DNA of 21,601 nt from Thermostichus sp. DRC_bins_24 (lineage in GTDB: Bacteria; Cyanobacteriota; Cyanobacteriia; Thermostichales; Thermostichaceae). The stretch's first letter is position 1; the number at the start of each line of letters is the position of its first letter. Position numbers and translations under genes: made by a program. Positions 1-9,403 of the stretch are shown here, piece by piece. Below the pieces are notes generated by a model. That model was not told the DNA's origin. It was given only the letters and a program-made list of their open reading frames with translations, and did not search any database. The stretch is from positions 1 to 21,601 of the forward strand of contig JAUQVK010000060.1 of the NCBI GenBank assembly GCA_039794845.1, read 5' to 3'.

Positions 1-588
1 GTGCTACTTGCCGGCCAAGGCTTCTACATTCGCTTCCGTGAAATAGGGATCCCCGCCACCGACGATGATCAAATCTCCGGTGAGGCGACGCCCGAGCAAG
101 TGACCTGTGGTGTAAAACCTTGTCTCGAAGCGATGCTCATAGCCCCAGGTCTCAAGAGCCATGAGACTGATGGCCAGCTGATCCAGTGCCCCCACTGGCA
201 AGGGCCGATCCAACAGATGCTCCGCCAACAAATCTCCCTCCGGAGTCCAGAGCAGGATCCCCTGTTGCGAGAGGGCTCCCCCTTGGGCTGCCAACCCTTG
301 TAAAAAGCCCGACAAAGCCAAAGCGTAGGGGGAATAGTCCCACACTTGCGACTGCCCACGGGGCCACCAGGGGGGAGTGCCGGGAGTTCCCGTTGGAGAA
401 GGCAGCGGTGGCGGTGGTGTGGGAATGGGGGGAAACGGATTTTGGGCCGTAGCTTGCCTTTCGGAGGAGAGGTCGGTCTGGCCAGCAAGATTTGTCCAAC
501 AGGCCCCTAAGGTGAGGGAAAAAGCCAACGGGATCCCGGCCCAGAGGGAATGACGACGGGGGCGCAACCACTGCAGAATCGGCGGCAT
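1..588 (-). CDS. dacB: D-alanyl-D-alanine carboxypeptidase/endopeptidase-like protein (peptidase S13, PBP4/DacB family); 5' part only, runs off the left edge; catalytic motif appears degenerate
   Basis: N-terminal signal/lipoprotein-like segment (LAFSLTLGAC) and a Pro-rich linker, then the S13-like sequence ALETWGYEHRFETRFYTTG...LTGDLIIVGGGDPYF. The expected SxxK position reads ALDQ. Confidence 0.8.
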
Positions 589-780
589 GATAACCTCGCA
601 AAAGACGGCAGTCCGGCAAGACTTGACGCTACTCTAGTGCCATCCGAATGGCCTTGGCAAATCCCTGTCATGATCCGCCGGTAGCCCTGGTTCCGGCGGT
701 ATTTTCCAGGGGGGAGAGATGGCTTATTGTTGTAACGGACTGTGAACCGCTTTTCTTTGTAAAAGGTAGAATGAAACAAT

Positions 781-791
781 TTAGGCTCTAA
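781..791. promoter_or_regulatory. Candidate MarR operator palindrome TTAG-N3-CTAA
   Basis: ttagGCTctaa lies just upstream of marR in the divergent dacB/marR intergenic region. MarR proteins commonly bind palindromes in their own promoter. It is short and could be chance. Confidence 0.25.
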
Positions 792-807
792 GCATTCCAG
801 GCCGCCC

Positions 808-1338
808 ATGGGGAACAGTCAAACTAGGATGATGGTGAAATCCGAGAAACAGGCTTTCCTGGAGCGGTGGCACGATATTCTCGCTCCCAATTCCTTGGGC
901 TATCGCATTCGCCTGTTGTCTCAGTTGGTGCGGCGGCAATTTCAGTCTTATCTGGAGCCTTTCGGCCTAACCACCTCCCATTGGGTGGTGCTCTGCTGCC
1001 TCTGGGAAGAAGACGGGATCCCCACCTCCACCATTTGTGAGCGCCTGCAGCAGTTGGGGGGCACCATGACCGGCGTGTTGGATGGCATGGAAAAGCGGAA
1101 TCTGATTCGACGGCAACGGGATCCCCAGGATCGGCGGATTTGGCGGGTTTACCTCACTCCAGCCGGAGAAAAGCTGAAGGAGATCTTGCCTCCGCTCATT
1201 TCTGAGCTGCGGGAGCACACCTACGGTTGTTTCAGCCTGGAAGAACGGGCAACCCTGTCACAGTTGGTGGATCGGTTGATCGCCCATTTGTCGGATGAGA
1301 CTGTCATGACAGAGTCCGTGGCGGAATCGAATCGGTAA
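808..1338 (+). CDS. MarR family transcriptional regulator (true start may be 829 or 832)
   Basis: Winged-helix MarR pattern: LEPFGLTTSHWVVLCCLWEEDG...GTMTGVLDGMEKRNLIRRQRDPQDRRIWRVYLTPAG. Confidence 0.92.
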   Translation: MGNSQTRMMVKSEKQAFLERWHDILAPNSLGYRIRLLSQLVRRQFQSYLEPFGLTTSHWVVLCCLWEEDGIPTSTICERLQQLGGTMTGVLDGMEKRNLIRRQRDPQDRRIWRVYLTPAGEKLKEILPPLISELREHTYGCFSLEERATLSQLVDRLIAHLSDETVMTESVAESNR

Positions 1339-1404
1339 CCCGTCCTCCCCTCCACCAAGCGCTAATCTGTCATGATTCTGTGATGGTTATGGCCCTGAAC
1401 TGCG

Positions 1405-2025
1405 ATGATCGGTACCCTAGCGCCGGTGGATCTGGTCGAGCTGACCCAGTTGGATCCAACGTTGAAACTGGATATTCGCTATGCCCGTTGCGATAACTTT
1501 CTCGGCTATCCGGTCTACTCCCAGGCACGGGCTTTTCTACAGCGTCCGGCGGCTGAAGCCTTGGTGCGGGTGCATCGGCACCTAAAACCGGAAGGGCTGG
1601 GGTTGCTGATCTTCGATGGCTATCGTCCTTGGTCGGTGACGCGCATCTTTTGGCAGGCGGTCGCCCCTCATCAACGGGTTTTTGTGGCCGATCCCGCCAG
1701 GGGATCCCGGCACAACCGCGGCTGTGCGGTGGATTTGTCGCTGTTTGATCTGGCCACCGGCCAAGCGCTGGAGATGCCGAGTGACTTTGACGAAATGACG
1801 GAGCGCTCCCACATCCATTACCCAGGGGGCTCAGAAGCGGCCCGCCAAAACCGCGATCGCTTGCGAGCGGCCATGGCAACGGAGGGGTTTACCGTTTATG
1901 CAGCGGAGTGGTGGCACTATGATCATCCCCTCTGGACTCGATACCCGATTTTGGATCTGAGCTTTGAGCAGCTGGCCCTGGAACAAGGGTTGCCTGCCCC
2001 AGCGCCTGCCGAGCCCTGTGGGTGA
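1405..2025 (+). CDS. ddpX: D-alanyl-D-alanine dipeptidase (peptidase M15D, VanX/DdpX family)
   Basis: LDIRYA..NFLG, IFDGYRP, SRHNRGCAVD (SxHxxGxAxD zinc motif) and EWWHY are all present. Confidence 0.92.
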   Translation: MIGTLAPVDLVELTQLDPTLKLDIRYARCDNFLGYPVYSQARAFLQRPAAEALVRVHRHLKPEGLGLLIFDGYRPWSVTRIFWQAVAPHQRVFVADPARGSRHNRGCAVDLSLFDLATGQALEMPSDFDEMTERSHIHYPGGSEAARQNRDRLRAAMATEGFTVYAAEWWHYDHPLWTRYPILDLSFEQLALEQGLPAPAPAEPCG

Positions 2026-2048
2026 GGGGATTTGCAAAGCTACAAAGC

Positions 2049-2594
2049 TCAGGAGTCAGTGGCCTCAGGCTGGGTTGGCTGAGAAGCGGGAGTGGATCCC
2101 TCTGACACCGTTCCACCCGAACGCGGGCGAAGGTCTCCCAAGGGAATCGTTTGGGGGACAACCGGAAAGGAACGGCCAGCTTCGCCGGATCCCAGTCGAG
2201 AATTGCGGGTCGAGTCGGCAGGCGGGGGAGCCTCGCCGGAAAACGTTCGCCAAGCAGCCCTTACCCCGGCCCACACGCTACGGGCATTCACTTGGGCTCC
2301 ACGGGCTTGAGTACGTGCCCCTTCGATGGAGCGGTTCACTTGCTTCACCACCTGCCCGGCCCCCTTCACCCCTTCATCAAGGCTATCGGCGATCTCGCTC
2401 ACCTCTAGACTGGTCAGGCGCAGGGCTTCCAGGGTTGGGGGCAATTCCCGCAGCAGCGTATCGAAAAAGCGCTCTACACTTTGGGCGGCTCGACCCAGTT
2501 GAATGACGGCGGGTAGCAGAGTGATCACCACCGCCAAAATCCCCACCGCCACCAGACCCACCGAGAGGCCCAGCCAAAACACCGGATCGGTCAT
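2049..2594 (-). CDS. DUF948 (YoxC/YtxG-like) membrane-anchored protein
   Basis: N-terminal TM helix (FWLGLSVGLVAVGILAVVITLLPA), then the helical segment ERFFDTLLRELPPTLEALRLT. Its start overlaps the stop of the YtxH gene (ATGA at 2591-2594). Confidence 0.75.
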   Translation of the reverse strand: MTDPVFWLGLSVGLVAVGILAVVITLLPAVIQLGRAAQSVERFFDTLLRELPPTLEALRLTSLEVSEIADSLDEGVKGAGQVVKQVNRSIEGARTQARGAQVNARSVWAGVRAAWRTFSGEAPPPADSTRNSRLGSGEAGRSFPVVPQTIPLGDLRPRSGGTVSEGSTPASQPTQPEATDS

Positions 2595-2977
2595 CGTGCC
2601 TCTTCCTCCCGTTCGCCATTGCTGCGCTCCCGGGCTTCCAAGTCTGCTTCATCCAGAGCTAGGGCGCGCAGATTTTGGGCTTGGCTCAATTCTTGCCGTT
2701 TTTGCACCATCGCTTCTTTGCCCACCGCTATTGCCTGTTGCAGTCGCAGCAGGGCTTCGTCCAAACTTCTTTGGGCGGAATCGAGCAGCTTTTCCGATTG
2801 GTACTGCAGGCTGCTGGTCACGTCTTCTGCCACCTCCGGTAGGGCTTCTGCCGACTTCTTGAGCAGTCGCCGCGTTTCCCGTCCGCTGCGGGGGGCCAGA
2901 AGCAAGCCGATGGCAGTCCCCACAGCAGTTCCCAGCAACAGCCCACCAATAAATGCACCAGTCCGGTTTTCAGCCAT
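2591..2977 (-). CDS. YtxH domain-containing protein
   Basis: MAENRTGAFIGGLLLGTAVGTAIGLLLAPRSGRETR is the YtxH signature. Start placed at ATG 2977 because the ORF-track start (3142) overlaps priA. Confidence 0.85.
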   Translation of the reverse strand: MAENRTGAFIGGLLLGTAVGTAIGLLLAPRSGRETRRLLKKSAEALPEVAEDVTSSLQYQSEKLLDSAQRSLDEALLRLQQAIAVGKEAMVQKRQELSQAQNLRALALDEADLEARERSNGEREEEAR

Positions 2978-3059
2978 GCCTTGCCAGAGTTGAGTTGGAT
3001 ACGGGTAGCCCCGAAACCAGACTACCTCAAGATCCCTTGAAATCTTCTGCCCCCCGCCC

Positions 3060-5495
3060 CTAGAGAATCCGCAGCGGATCCACATCCAGACTGACTCGGA
3101 TCCCCCGCGGAGGATGGCCAATCGCTTGGTGAAGCTGGGCATCGATGCGTTGGCGATCCCAACTTTGATCGGGAGCCTGCTTTAACAGAATCTGCCAGCG
3201 ATAGCGCCCACTGACCCGTTCCACCTGGGCTGGCCCTGGCCCCAACACCTCCGCTGGGATCCCCTGCAGGCGCTCCGCCACTTGGGTAGAGTAGCGTTCC
3301 AGCGCCTCCAGGCGAGTGCTGCTCAAGCGGATCAAAATCAGAGCTCGATAGGGAGGATAGCCCCCCTCTTGCCGTTGCCGCAATTCGGCCCGCAAAAAGC
3401 CCTCATAATCCTGGGCCAGCACTGCCGCCAAGATCGGGTGCTCCGGAAGATAGGTCTGGATGATCGCCTGTCCGGGCAGGGAGCCCCGGCCTGCCCGCCC
3501 CGCCACCTGAGTGAGCAGTTGAAAGCTGCGCTCGCCAGCCCGGTAGTCCGCCTGATGCAACAGCCCATCGGCGGCCATCACCCCCACCAAGGTCACCTGG
3601 GGAATGTCCAAGCCTTTGGTGAGCATTTGCGTGCCCACCAGCACCTGGGCCTCGCCGCACCGAAACTGCTCCAACAAATCCCGGTGGGATCCCTTGCGAC
3701 GGGTGGCATCGCTGTCGTAGCGCAAGACCTTGAGCTCCGGCCAACGCTGCTGCAGCACTTCCACCACTTTTTGGGTGCCGCTGCCGAAGTGCTTCAAGTA
3801 GGGGGAGCCGCACTCGGGGCACTGCTGGGGGTGGGGGCGACGATCTCCACAATAGTGGCAGCGCAAATCTTGGCCGAGCTGGTGAAAGGTCAGGGAAACA
3901 TCGCAATGCCGGCAGGTGAGAGCCACCCCACAACTGCGGCACAACACAAAGGTACTGTGGCCCCGCCGCGGCACGAACAGGATCGCCTGCTCCCCTTTGC
4001 TCAGGGTTTGCTCTAGGGCTTGCTGGAGACGACGACTCAAAACGGTGCGGTTGCCGGCTCGTAGCTCCTGTCGCATATCCACCAGCTCTATTTGGGGCAA
4101 GGCCGCTGGGATCCCTGCTTGAGGAATGCGCTCCGGCAGCGCCAGGCGGATCCACTGCTGTGGGTTGTGCAGATGGGCGGCATAGGTTTCTACAGCAGGG
4201 GTAGCACTGCCCAACAGCAGGGGGCAACGCGCCAGGTCCGCTCGCCATTCGGCCACCTGACGGGCATGGTAACAGGGTTGGGGTTGATCCTGCTTAAAGC
4301 TGTCGTCGTGCTCCTCATCCAAAACGATCAGGCCCAGCTTCGACAAGGGGGCAAACACCGCCGAGCGGGTGCCGATTACCACCTGGGGGGTGGGGGCCAG
4401 CATCTGGCGCCAGGTATCGTAGCGCTCCCCCTCCGAGAGCCCGCTGTGATACACCCATACCTGGGATCCCAGCCGCGCCCGGAACCGATCCGTCAGTTGG
4501 GGGGTAAGGCCGATCTCGGGCACCAACACCAGCGCCGACAAACCTTTTTGCAGTACCTGGGCGATCACCTGCAGATAGACTTCCGTCTTGCCCGAACCCG
4601 TGACCCCATGCAAAAGAAACCGTTGGGTTTGTCCCAGCGCCGCCAGGATCGCTTCCACCGCCTTGGCCTGTTCTGGAGTCAGGGGGTTCGCAGCATCCGG
4701 TGGGGAGCTACAGGGATCCCCCAGCCGCAGCAGCGGGCGCTCATGGATGTGGATGCGGCCTTTGCGGGCTAGCCCCTGCAATACGGCTCGACTCACCCCC
4801 GCTGCCGCCCCCCATTCCGTCAGCAGCAGTTCACCCCCCTCCTGTTTGAGCACCTGCAACGCCCTTTGTTGGGGGAGGCTCAACCCCTCCAAAGACTCAT
4901 TCGCCAGACTGGCCGCCTGCTGGGTTTTGACTTTCCCACCCCGCTGCTCCTGCCAGAGGCTCTCCACCCAGCCCTGCTGCTGCAATTCCCGCAAGGCGGC
5001 AGTGGCACCGGGCACCTGCTGCTGCAGATAGCGCCAAGATAGCTCCCCCCCTTTGGCTCGGAGCACCTGCAACAAGGTCTGGGCTGCCCCGGAACATTCT
5101 GAACCTTCGGTCCCATCAACAGATGACCTCAGCAAGCGGATGCGCCGCTGCGACCGGCTCAACAAGCCAGGGGGTAAAACCGTGCGCACCACTTGGGCCA
5201 GGGGGGTGAGGTAATGGTCGGCCACCTGTTGCAGCAGCGGCCAAAACTCCCTCGGCAGGATCCCTTTGGCCACCACCGCCTCGATCTCTCGAACTGATTG
5301 CGGATCCACCCCCTCCGGCAGATCGGAGCGCCAGCCCAAAGCCACCGCCCCAGCCCTTTGTTGGCCAAAGGGCACGCTGAGCAAATCCCCTGCCTCCGGG
5401 TCAGATCCCTCCGGCACTCGATAGATGAAACAACCTCCCAGATGGGGGTGATCCACCCACACCTCCAACCAGCGGGGAGGAACCTGTTCCAGCAT
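3060..5495 (-). CDS. priA: Primosomal protein N' (replication restart helicase)
   Basis: Walker A LLHGVTGSGKTEVY, LVPEIGLTPQ, DEEH box, GSATP, four CxxC zinc pairs, GTQMLTKGLD, QVAGRAGR, and C-terminal LDVDP. Confidence 0.98.
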   Translation of the reverse strand: MLEQVPPRWLEVWVDHPHLGGCFIYRVPEGSDPEAGDLLSVPFGQQRAGAVALGWRSDLPEGVDPQSVREIEAVVAKGILPREFWPLLQQVADHYLTPLAQVVRTVLPPGLLSRSQRRIRLLRSSVDGTEGSECSGAAQTLLQVLRAKGGELSWRYLQQQVPGATAALRELQQQGWVESLWQEQRGGKVKTQQAASLANESLEGLSLPQQRALQVLKQEGGELLLTEWGAAAGVSRAVLQGLARKGRIHIHERPLLRLGDPCSSPPDAANPLTPEQAKAVEAILAALGQTQRFLLHGVTGSGKTEVYLQVIAQVLQKGLSALVLVPEIGLTPQLTDRFRARLGSQVWVYHSGLSEGERYDTWRQMLAPTPQVVIGTRSAVFAPLSKLGLIVLDEEHDDSFKQDQPQPCYHARQVAEWRADLARCPLLLGSATPAVETYAAHLHNPQQWIRLALPERIPQAGIPAALPQIELVDMRQELRAGNRTVLSRRLQQALEQTLSKGEQAILFVPRRGHSTFVLCRSCGVALTCRHCDVSLTFHQLGQDLRCHYCGDRRPHPQQCPECGSPYLKHFGSGTQKVVEVLQQRWPELKVLRYDSDATRRKGSHRDLLEQFRCGEAQVLVGTQMLTKGLDIPQVTLVGVMAADGLLHQADYRAGERSFQLLTQVAGRAGRGSLPGQAIIQTYLPEHPILAAVLAQDYEGFLRAELRQRQEGGYPPYRALILIRLSSTRLEALERYSTQVAERLQGIPAEVLGPGPAQVERVSGRYRWQILLKQAPDQSWDRQRIDAQLHQAIGHPPRGIRVSLDVDPLRIL

Positions 5496-5507
5496 GTTGA
5501 GGATCCC

Positions 5508-7313
5508 TCACTGGCGAGGCAAAAACCTCGGCAAATCCACGGCTCGCTTGGTTACCCGTGCTGGCAGGGGCCGGGGCAGAGGCTGAATCGCAGGCTTTGG
5601 GGTCTGGGCAGGTGCTGGGGCTTTTTTATCGGGTGACTCGGGAAGAAGACTATCCTGCCCTTTGCGCTCCAGGGCCGCTTTGAGGCTCAGCACATGCATC
5701 TGCTGCTGCTCGTACTTCTCTTTTAGGGAGCGATTTTCTTCGTAGAGGGCAGCTCGTTCCGCTTGCAACGCCTTTATCTGCTCCACCTGTTTTCCCAGTT
5801 GTGCTTTGAGGGCTTCCATTTGTTCCTGCAGGTGGGCGATGGTGGTCTGGGCCGAGCGCAATTCTGGCTGCCAGTCCGGTTGGGCGGAAAGTTGGGCCAA
5901 AGCACTGTGCAACTGCTGCTCCAGTTCAGTCAAGTGCTGCTGGGTCTGGTTGTACTGCTCTTGCAGATGGCGGTTCTCCTGCTGCCAATGGGCAGCTTCC
6001 GCTTGAGCTTGGGATAGGGCTGACTGCAGCTTTTCAGCCTGAGCTTGCCATTGCTGCTGAAGCCGTTGCTGTTCTCGGGATCCCTGGCGCAGGTGTTCCT
6101 GCTCGGCCTGCAAAGCCGCCAGCTGGGCCTGGGCTTCAGCCAGAGCAGCTTCTAACTCTTGCCGCTGCTCTTGCCAGCGTTGCTCAGCTTCTGCCTCTGT
6201 TTCGGCGTAGCCCGCCAGCCGTGCCTCCAGGTGTTCCCGTTGTTCTTGCCATGCGGCCTGTTGGTCGCTGTGTAAAGCCCGTAAGCTGCTTAGCTCCGTC
6301 TGAGTTTCCGCAATCTGGGTACGGGCCAAACACAGCTCCGCCTTGAAGCGTTGCAACATTTCCACCCGTTTTTCCGCCAGATCCTGAGCTTCTAGGAGAG
6401 AAGCCTGCAGCTCCTGTTGGCGATGTTCCCATTGACGGCGCTCCTGAGCTTGGGCCAGTCGCATCTGCTCGAGCTGCCCCTGTAGGGCCTCAATATCCTG
6501 CCGCTGCCGGTCGTTGAGTCGTTGTCGGGCAGCAATCTGGGCATCTCGCTCGGCAAGCTGCACTGCTTGGTCGGCCAAAGACTGCTGCAACTGCTTCAGG
6601 GTGTGCTCCCGTTCCTGCAAAAGCTGTTGCTGTTCGGCCAACTTCTGCTGTAAGGCTTGGCGCTCGGCCTCGAGAGTGGCCTCTGCCGGGGACTGAGCCT
6701 TCAACTGCAGCAGTTCCAACTGCTGTTGCTGCTTGCGCGACTGCAATTCCGTCTGGGCCAATTGGCTGCGCAGGGCCTGAACTTGAGCCTGCAAGTGCTC
6801 CTGAAGGGTCTGCCGTTCTTGCAGCTCGGCTTCGGCCTTGAGCAGGCGGGCCTCCAACTGCTGTCGTTGCCTCAGGGCCAAATAACGCTCTGCCTCATCT
6901 GCAGAACCCTGGTGCTCCACATCGGGAGCCCGTTCCAAGGCTGACCAACCTGCTGGAACCTCTGGAAGGGTGGGATCCGAATCATCTGAGGAGGGGACAT
7001 GCATAGGATGAAGGGAAGATAAAGATGAGGGAGTGCTCAATAAAGTTCCTTGCAGTATAGAGAGATTTTTCGGTGGGCTCAAGCCAGGGGAAGGATCTTG
7101 TAAAGTCTCTTTCTGGTGGTGCTCCGCACCCCGCTCAGCGGGATAGTGCTGTTTTGGCCCCACGTCCACTTCTACAGCGTCCAAATCCGGGAGTGGAGCC
7201 TCATTGGAAGCCGCAGCTTTGCTTTTGCGTCGTGGAGCACGAGTGCGACGGGAAGAGGCTTCCCCACGCTTCGACGTGAACTCCGACCCGTTGTTGCCCT
7301 GAGAACCTGCCAC
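5508..7313 (-). CDS. Long Gln/Glu/Ala-rich coiled-coil protein of unknown function
   Basis: 601 aa: a disordered Pro/Ser-rich N-terminus, about 400 aa of heptad-like Q/E/L/A sequence and a Pro-rich C-tail. It ends 12 bp upstream of priA on the same strand. Confidence 0.8.
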   Translation of the reverse strand: MAGSQGNNGSEFTSKRGEASSRRTRAPRRKSKAAASNEAPLPDLDAVEVDVGPKQHYPAERGAEHHQKETLQDPSPGLSPPKNLSILQGTLLSTPSSLSSLHPMHVPSSDDSDPTLPEVPAGWSALERAPDVEHQGSADEAERYLALRQRQQLEARLLKAEAELQERQTLQEHLQAQVQALRSQLAQTELQSRKQQQQLELLQLKAQSPAEATLEAERQALQQKLAEQQQLLQEREHTLKQLQQSLADQAVQLAERDAQIAARQRLNDRQRQDIEALQGQLEQMRLAQAQERRQWEHRQQELQASLLEAQDLAEKRVEMLQRFKAELCLARTQIAETQTELSSLRALHSDQQAAWQEQREHLEARLAGYAETEAEAEQRWQEQRQELEAALAEAQAQLAALQAEQEHLRQGSREQQRLQQQWQAQAEKLQSALSQAQAEAAHWQQENRHLQEQYNQTQQHLTELEQQLHSALAQLSAQPDWQPELRSAQTTIAHLQEQMEALKAQLGKQVEQIKALQAERAALYEENRSLKEKYEQQQMHVLSLKAALERKGQDSLLPESPDKKAPAPAQTPKPAIQPLPRPLPARVTKRAVDLPRFLPRQ

Positions 7314-7722
7314 AATTGCCCCCTTTCATCACCAAACCACACACACCATCACTCTAGTTTGCACCGTCTTACAGCCCTTTCGCCGGCCACGTGTAACAAC
7401 CGTAAAAGCTGAGATCCACTCTCTAGAGGGCCAGTGCTCCGCACCTCGCAGAGGGAGAACAGGAAGCACAACCCCTGGCCGTAGAAAACCCGCACAAGGA
7501 CTGTAGTTTTAAGCCGTAGTCTTAATCGGTTGTGTTCCAGAGCGTCTTTGCTCAATTGTAGGAGGTGCCTTGACGGTGTTTGGAGATCTTGAGCAGGAGT
7601 CTGTCCAGATCATCACCGCAGTGACAGCCGTGCAGAGCAGAGATGGGGCCTGTGGAAAACCGTCTTATCTTTGCCCCTCACTTTGCGATACTGCTAAAGG
7701 TGATGTTGAGAACTACAACATT

Positions 7723-9267
7723 ATGGCGATGCAGGATGTGGCCGGCGGTCAGCTTCGCTCTCTTCAACAGCTGACGAGCCCACCGGGATCTTGGTTGTGT
7801 CGAACCTGTTCTGCTCCCTACGGTCTCCTTTTGGGTTTGCTCTGGGCCGCTCCTGCCTTTGCTCAACCGGAACCGCCGGATCCTGCTGCCTTCGCCCTGC
7901 CCGATAGTCGCGAGATCCTCACCCCCGCTCTACCCCCCACCTTATCCGTACCTCCTGACGCTGCCCCCGCCCCTGCGCCGGTGTTGGAGGGATCCCTGAC
8001 GGCAGAAGAACTGGTGGTGCCCCAATCTCCCCTGGAGGTACGCATCGAGCGCAGGGAGGGTTTATCTCTACAGGAGGCCCTGGATCTCGCCGTTGCCCGA
8101 AACCCTGCTGTTCAACAGGCAGAACTGGCGGTACAACGAGCCGAAGCAGGCATTGCCCTGGCGCAGGCCGCCTATGCCCCCACCCTCTCCAGCACTGCCA
8201 ACTACCAATACAGCGATGCGCCCTCCCCAGGCGGTGGGCCCAGCCGCGAATCCCACTCCCTCTCGGCCAGCGTGGTGCGGGTGGAGTATACCGCCTTTGA
8301 CAGTGGCCTGCGGGAGCAGAACCTGAACGTAGCCCAAGAAGCTCTGCGCATCGCCCAGTTGCAACTGCAGCAAACCCTGCAAACCGTGAAGCAAGCTGTG
8401 GCCAACGCCTACTACGATCTGCAAAGCTCAGATGCCAGCGTTGCCATTAACCAAGCTGCCATCGAAAGCTCTGAAGCCACCCTTCGGGATGCCCAGGCCC
8501 GAGAGCGAGCCGGGCTGGGTACCCGTTTCGAGATTCTGCAGGCGGAAACGGAGTTGGCCAACAATCGACAAGCCCTGTTGGCGGCCCAAAACACCCAGCA
8601 ACTGAATCGTCGTCGCTTAGCCGAACTGCTCAACTTCCCCAGCCCCACCGATGTGCTGGCCAGTGATCCCATTCAACCGACAGGGGAATGGGATCTCAGC
8701 TTGGAAGAGACCATCATCGCTGCTTTTGCCCAACGGCAGGAACTGGAGATTCAGCGGCAACAACTGGAGCAAGCCCAGAGCCGTGTTCGCCTGGCGGAAG
8801 CCAGCAACGGCCCACGCATCGGCCTATTCGCCACCCTCGACATCGCCAACGATTTCAAGGCCAGCCGCGACAGTTTCGATGTGGGCTATTCGGCGGGGGC
8901 CAATTTCAGCTTCACCTGGTTTGACGGGGGAGAGGCAGAAGCCCAAGCCCGCCAAGCTCAGATCGATGGACAAGTGGCCGTGAGCAATTTCGTCGAAGCC
9001 CGCAATGAGATTCAACGGGGGGTCGAAGAAGCTTTCCTCACCCTCAGCTCCAGCCGCGAGCAGATCGATTCGGCCAAGGTGGCCATTGCCTCGGCAGAAG
9101 AAAGCCTGCGCCTAGCTCGGTTGCGGGTGCAAGCGGGGGTGGGCACCCAAACGGAGGTGATCAACGCCGAGACCGCCCTCACCACCGCCCGTGGCAACCT
9201 TTCCAATGCCGTCATCGCCTACAACCGTGCCCTTATTCAGCTGCAACGGGCCATCGGCACCCTTTAA
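7723..9267 (+). CDS. TolC family outer membrane efflux protein (start uncertain; ORF open from 7570)
   Basis: Signal-like segment LLLGLLWAAPAFA, LSLQEALDLAVARNP, and two OEP repeats (ANAYYDLQ...GLGTRFEILQAE; AEESLRLARLRVQAGVGTQTEVINAE). Confidence 0.9.
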   Translation: MAMQDVAGGQLRSLQQLTSPPGSWLCRTCSAPYGLLLGLLWAAPAFAQPEPPDPAAFALPDSREILTPALPPTLSVPPDAAPAPAPVLEGSLTAEELVVPQSPLEVRIERREGLSLQEALDLAVARNPAVQQAELAVQRAEAGIALAQAAYAPTLSSTANYQYSDAPSPGGGPSRESHSLSASVVRVEYTAFDSGLREQNLNVAQEALRIAQLQLQQTLQTVKQAVANAYYDLQSSDASVAINQAAIESSEATLRDAQARERAGLGTRFEILQAETELANNRQALLAAQNTQQLNRRRLAELLNFPSPTDVLASDPIQPTGEWDLSLEETIIAAFAQRQELEIQRQQLEQAQSRVRLAEASNGPRIGLFATLDIANDFKASRDSFDVGYSAGANFSFTWFDGGEAEAQARQAQIDGQVAVSNFVEARNEIQRGVEEAFLTLSSSREQIDSAKVAIASAEESLRLARLRVQAGVGTQTEVINAETALTTARGNLSNAVIAYNRALIQLQRAIGTL

Positions 9268-9403
9268 CTCCCATCCCTTTTCCTTTTTCCTTTTGGGAGC
9301 CTCTTTTATTCGTCCTCCACTGTACCTGCAGAGTCAGCGTCGGCAGGGCGTCACTCCAGTTCAAGTCAAGACAAAAGCCCGTTTTCACTTCTACAACACA
9401 GAA

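Noticed and set aside
2978..3142. N-terminal extension of the YtxH ORF in the ORF track
   Set aside because: It overlaps the priA 3' end, and the YtxH signature begins at ATG 2977.
3282..5031. Several long alternative-frame ORFs (147-281 aa) within priA
   Set aside because: Shadow ORFs expected in GC-rich coding DNA; no domain signal.
5508..7313. Coiled-coil protein as an SMC/SbcC ATPase
   Set aside because: No Walker A/B or ABC signature motifs.
9268..9308. CTCCCA...TGGGAG inverted repeat with a T-rich tail after the TolC gene as a terminator
   Set aside because: A 6-bp stem with a ~20-nt pyrimidine loop is too weak to call.
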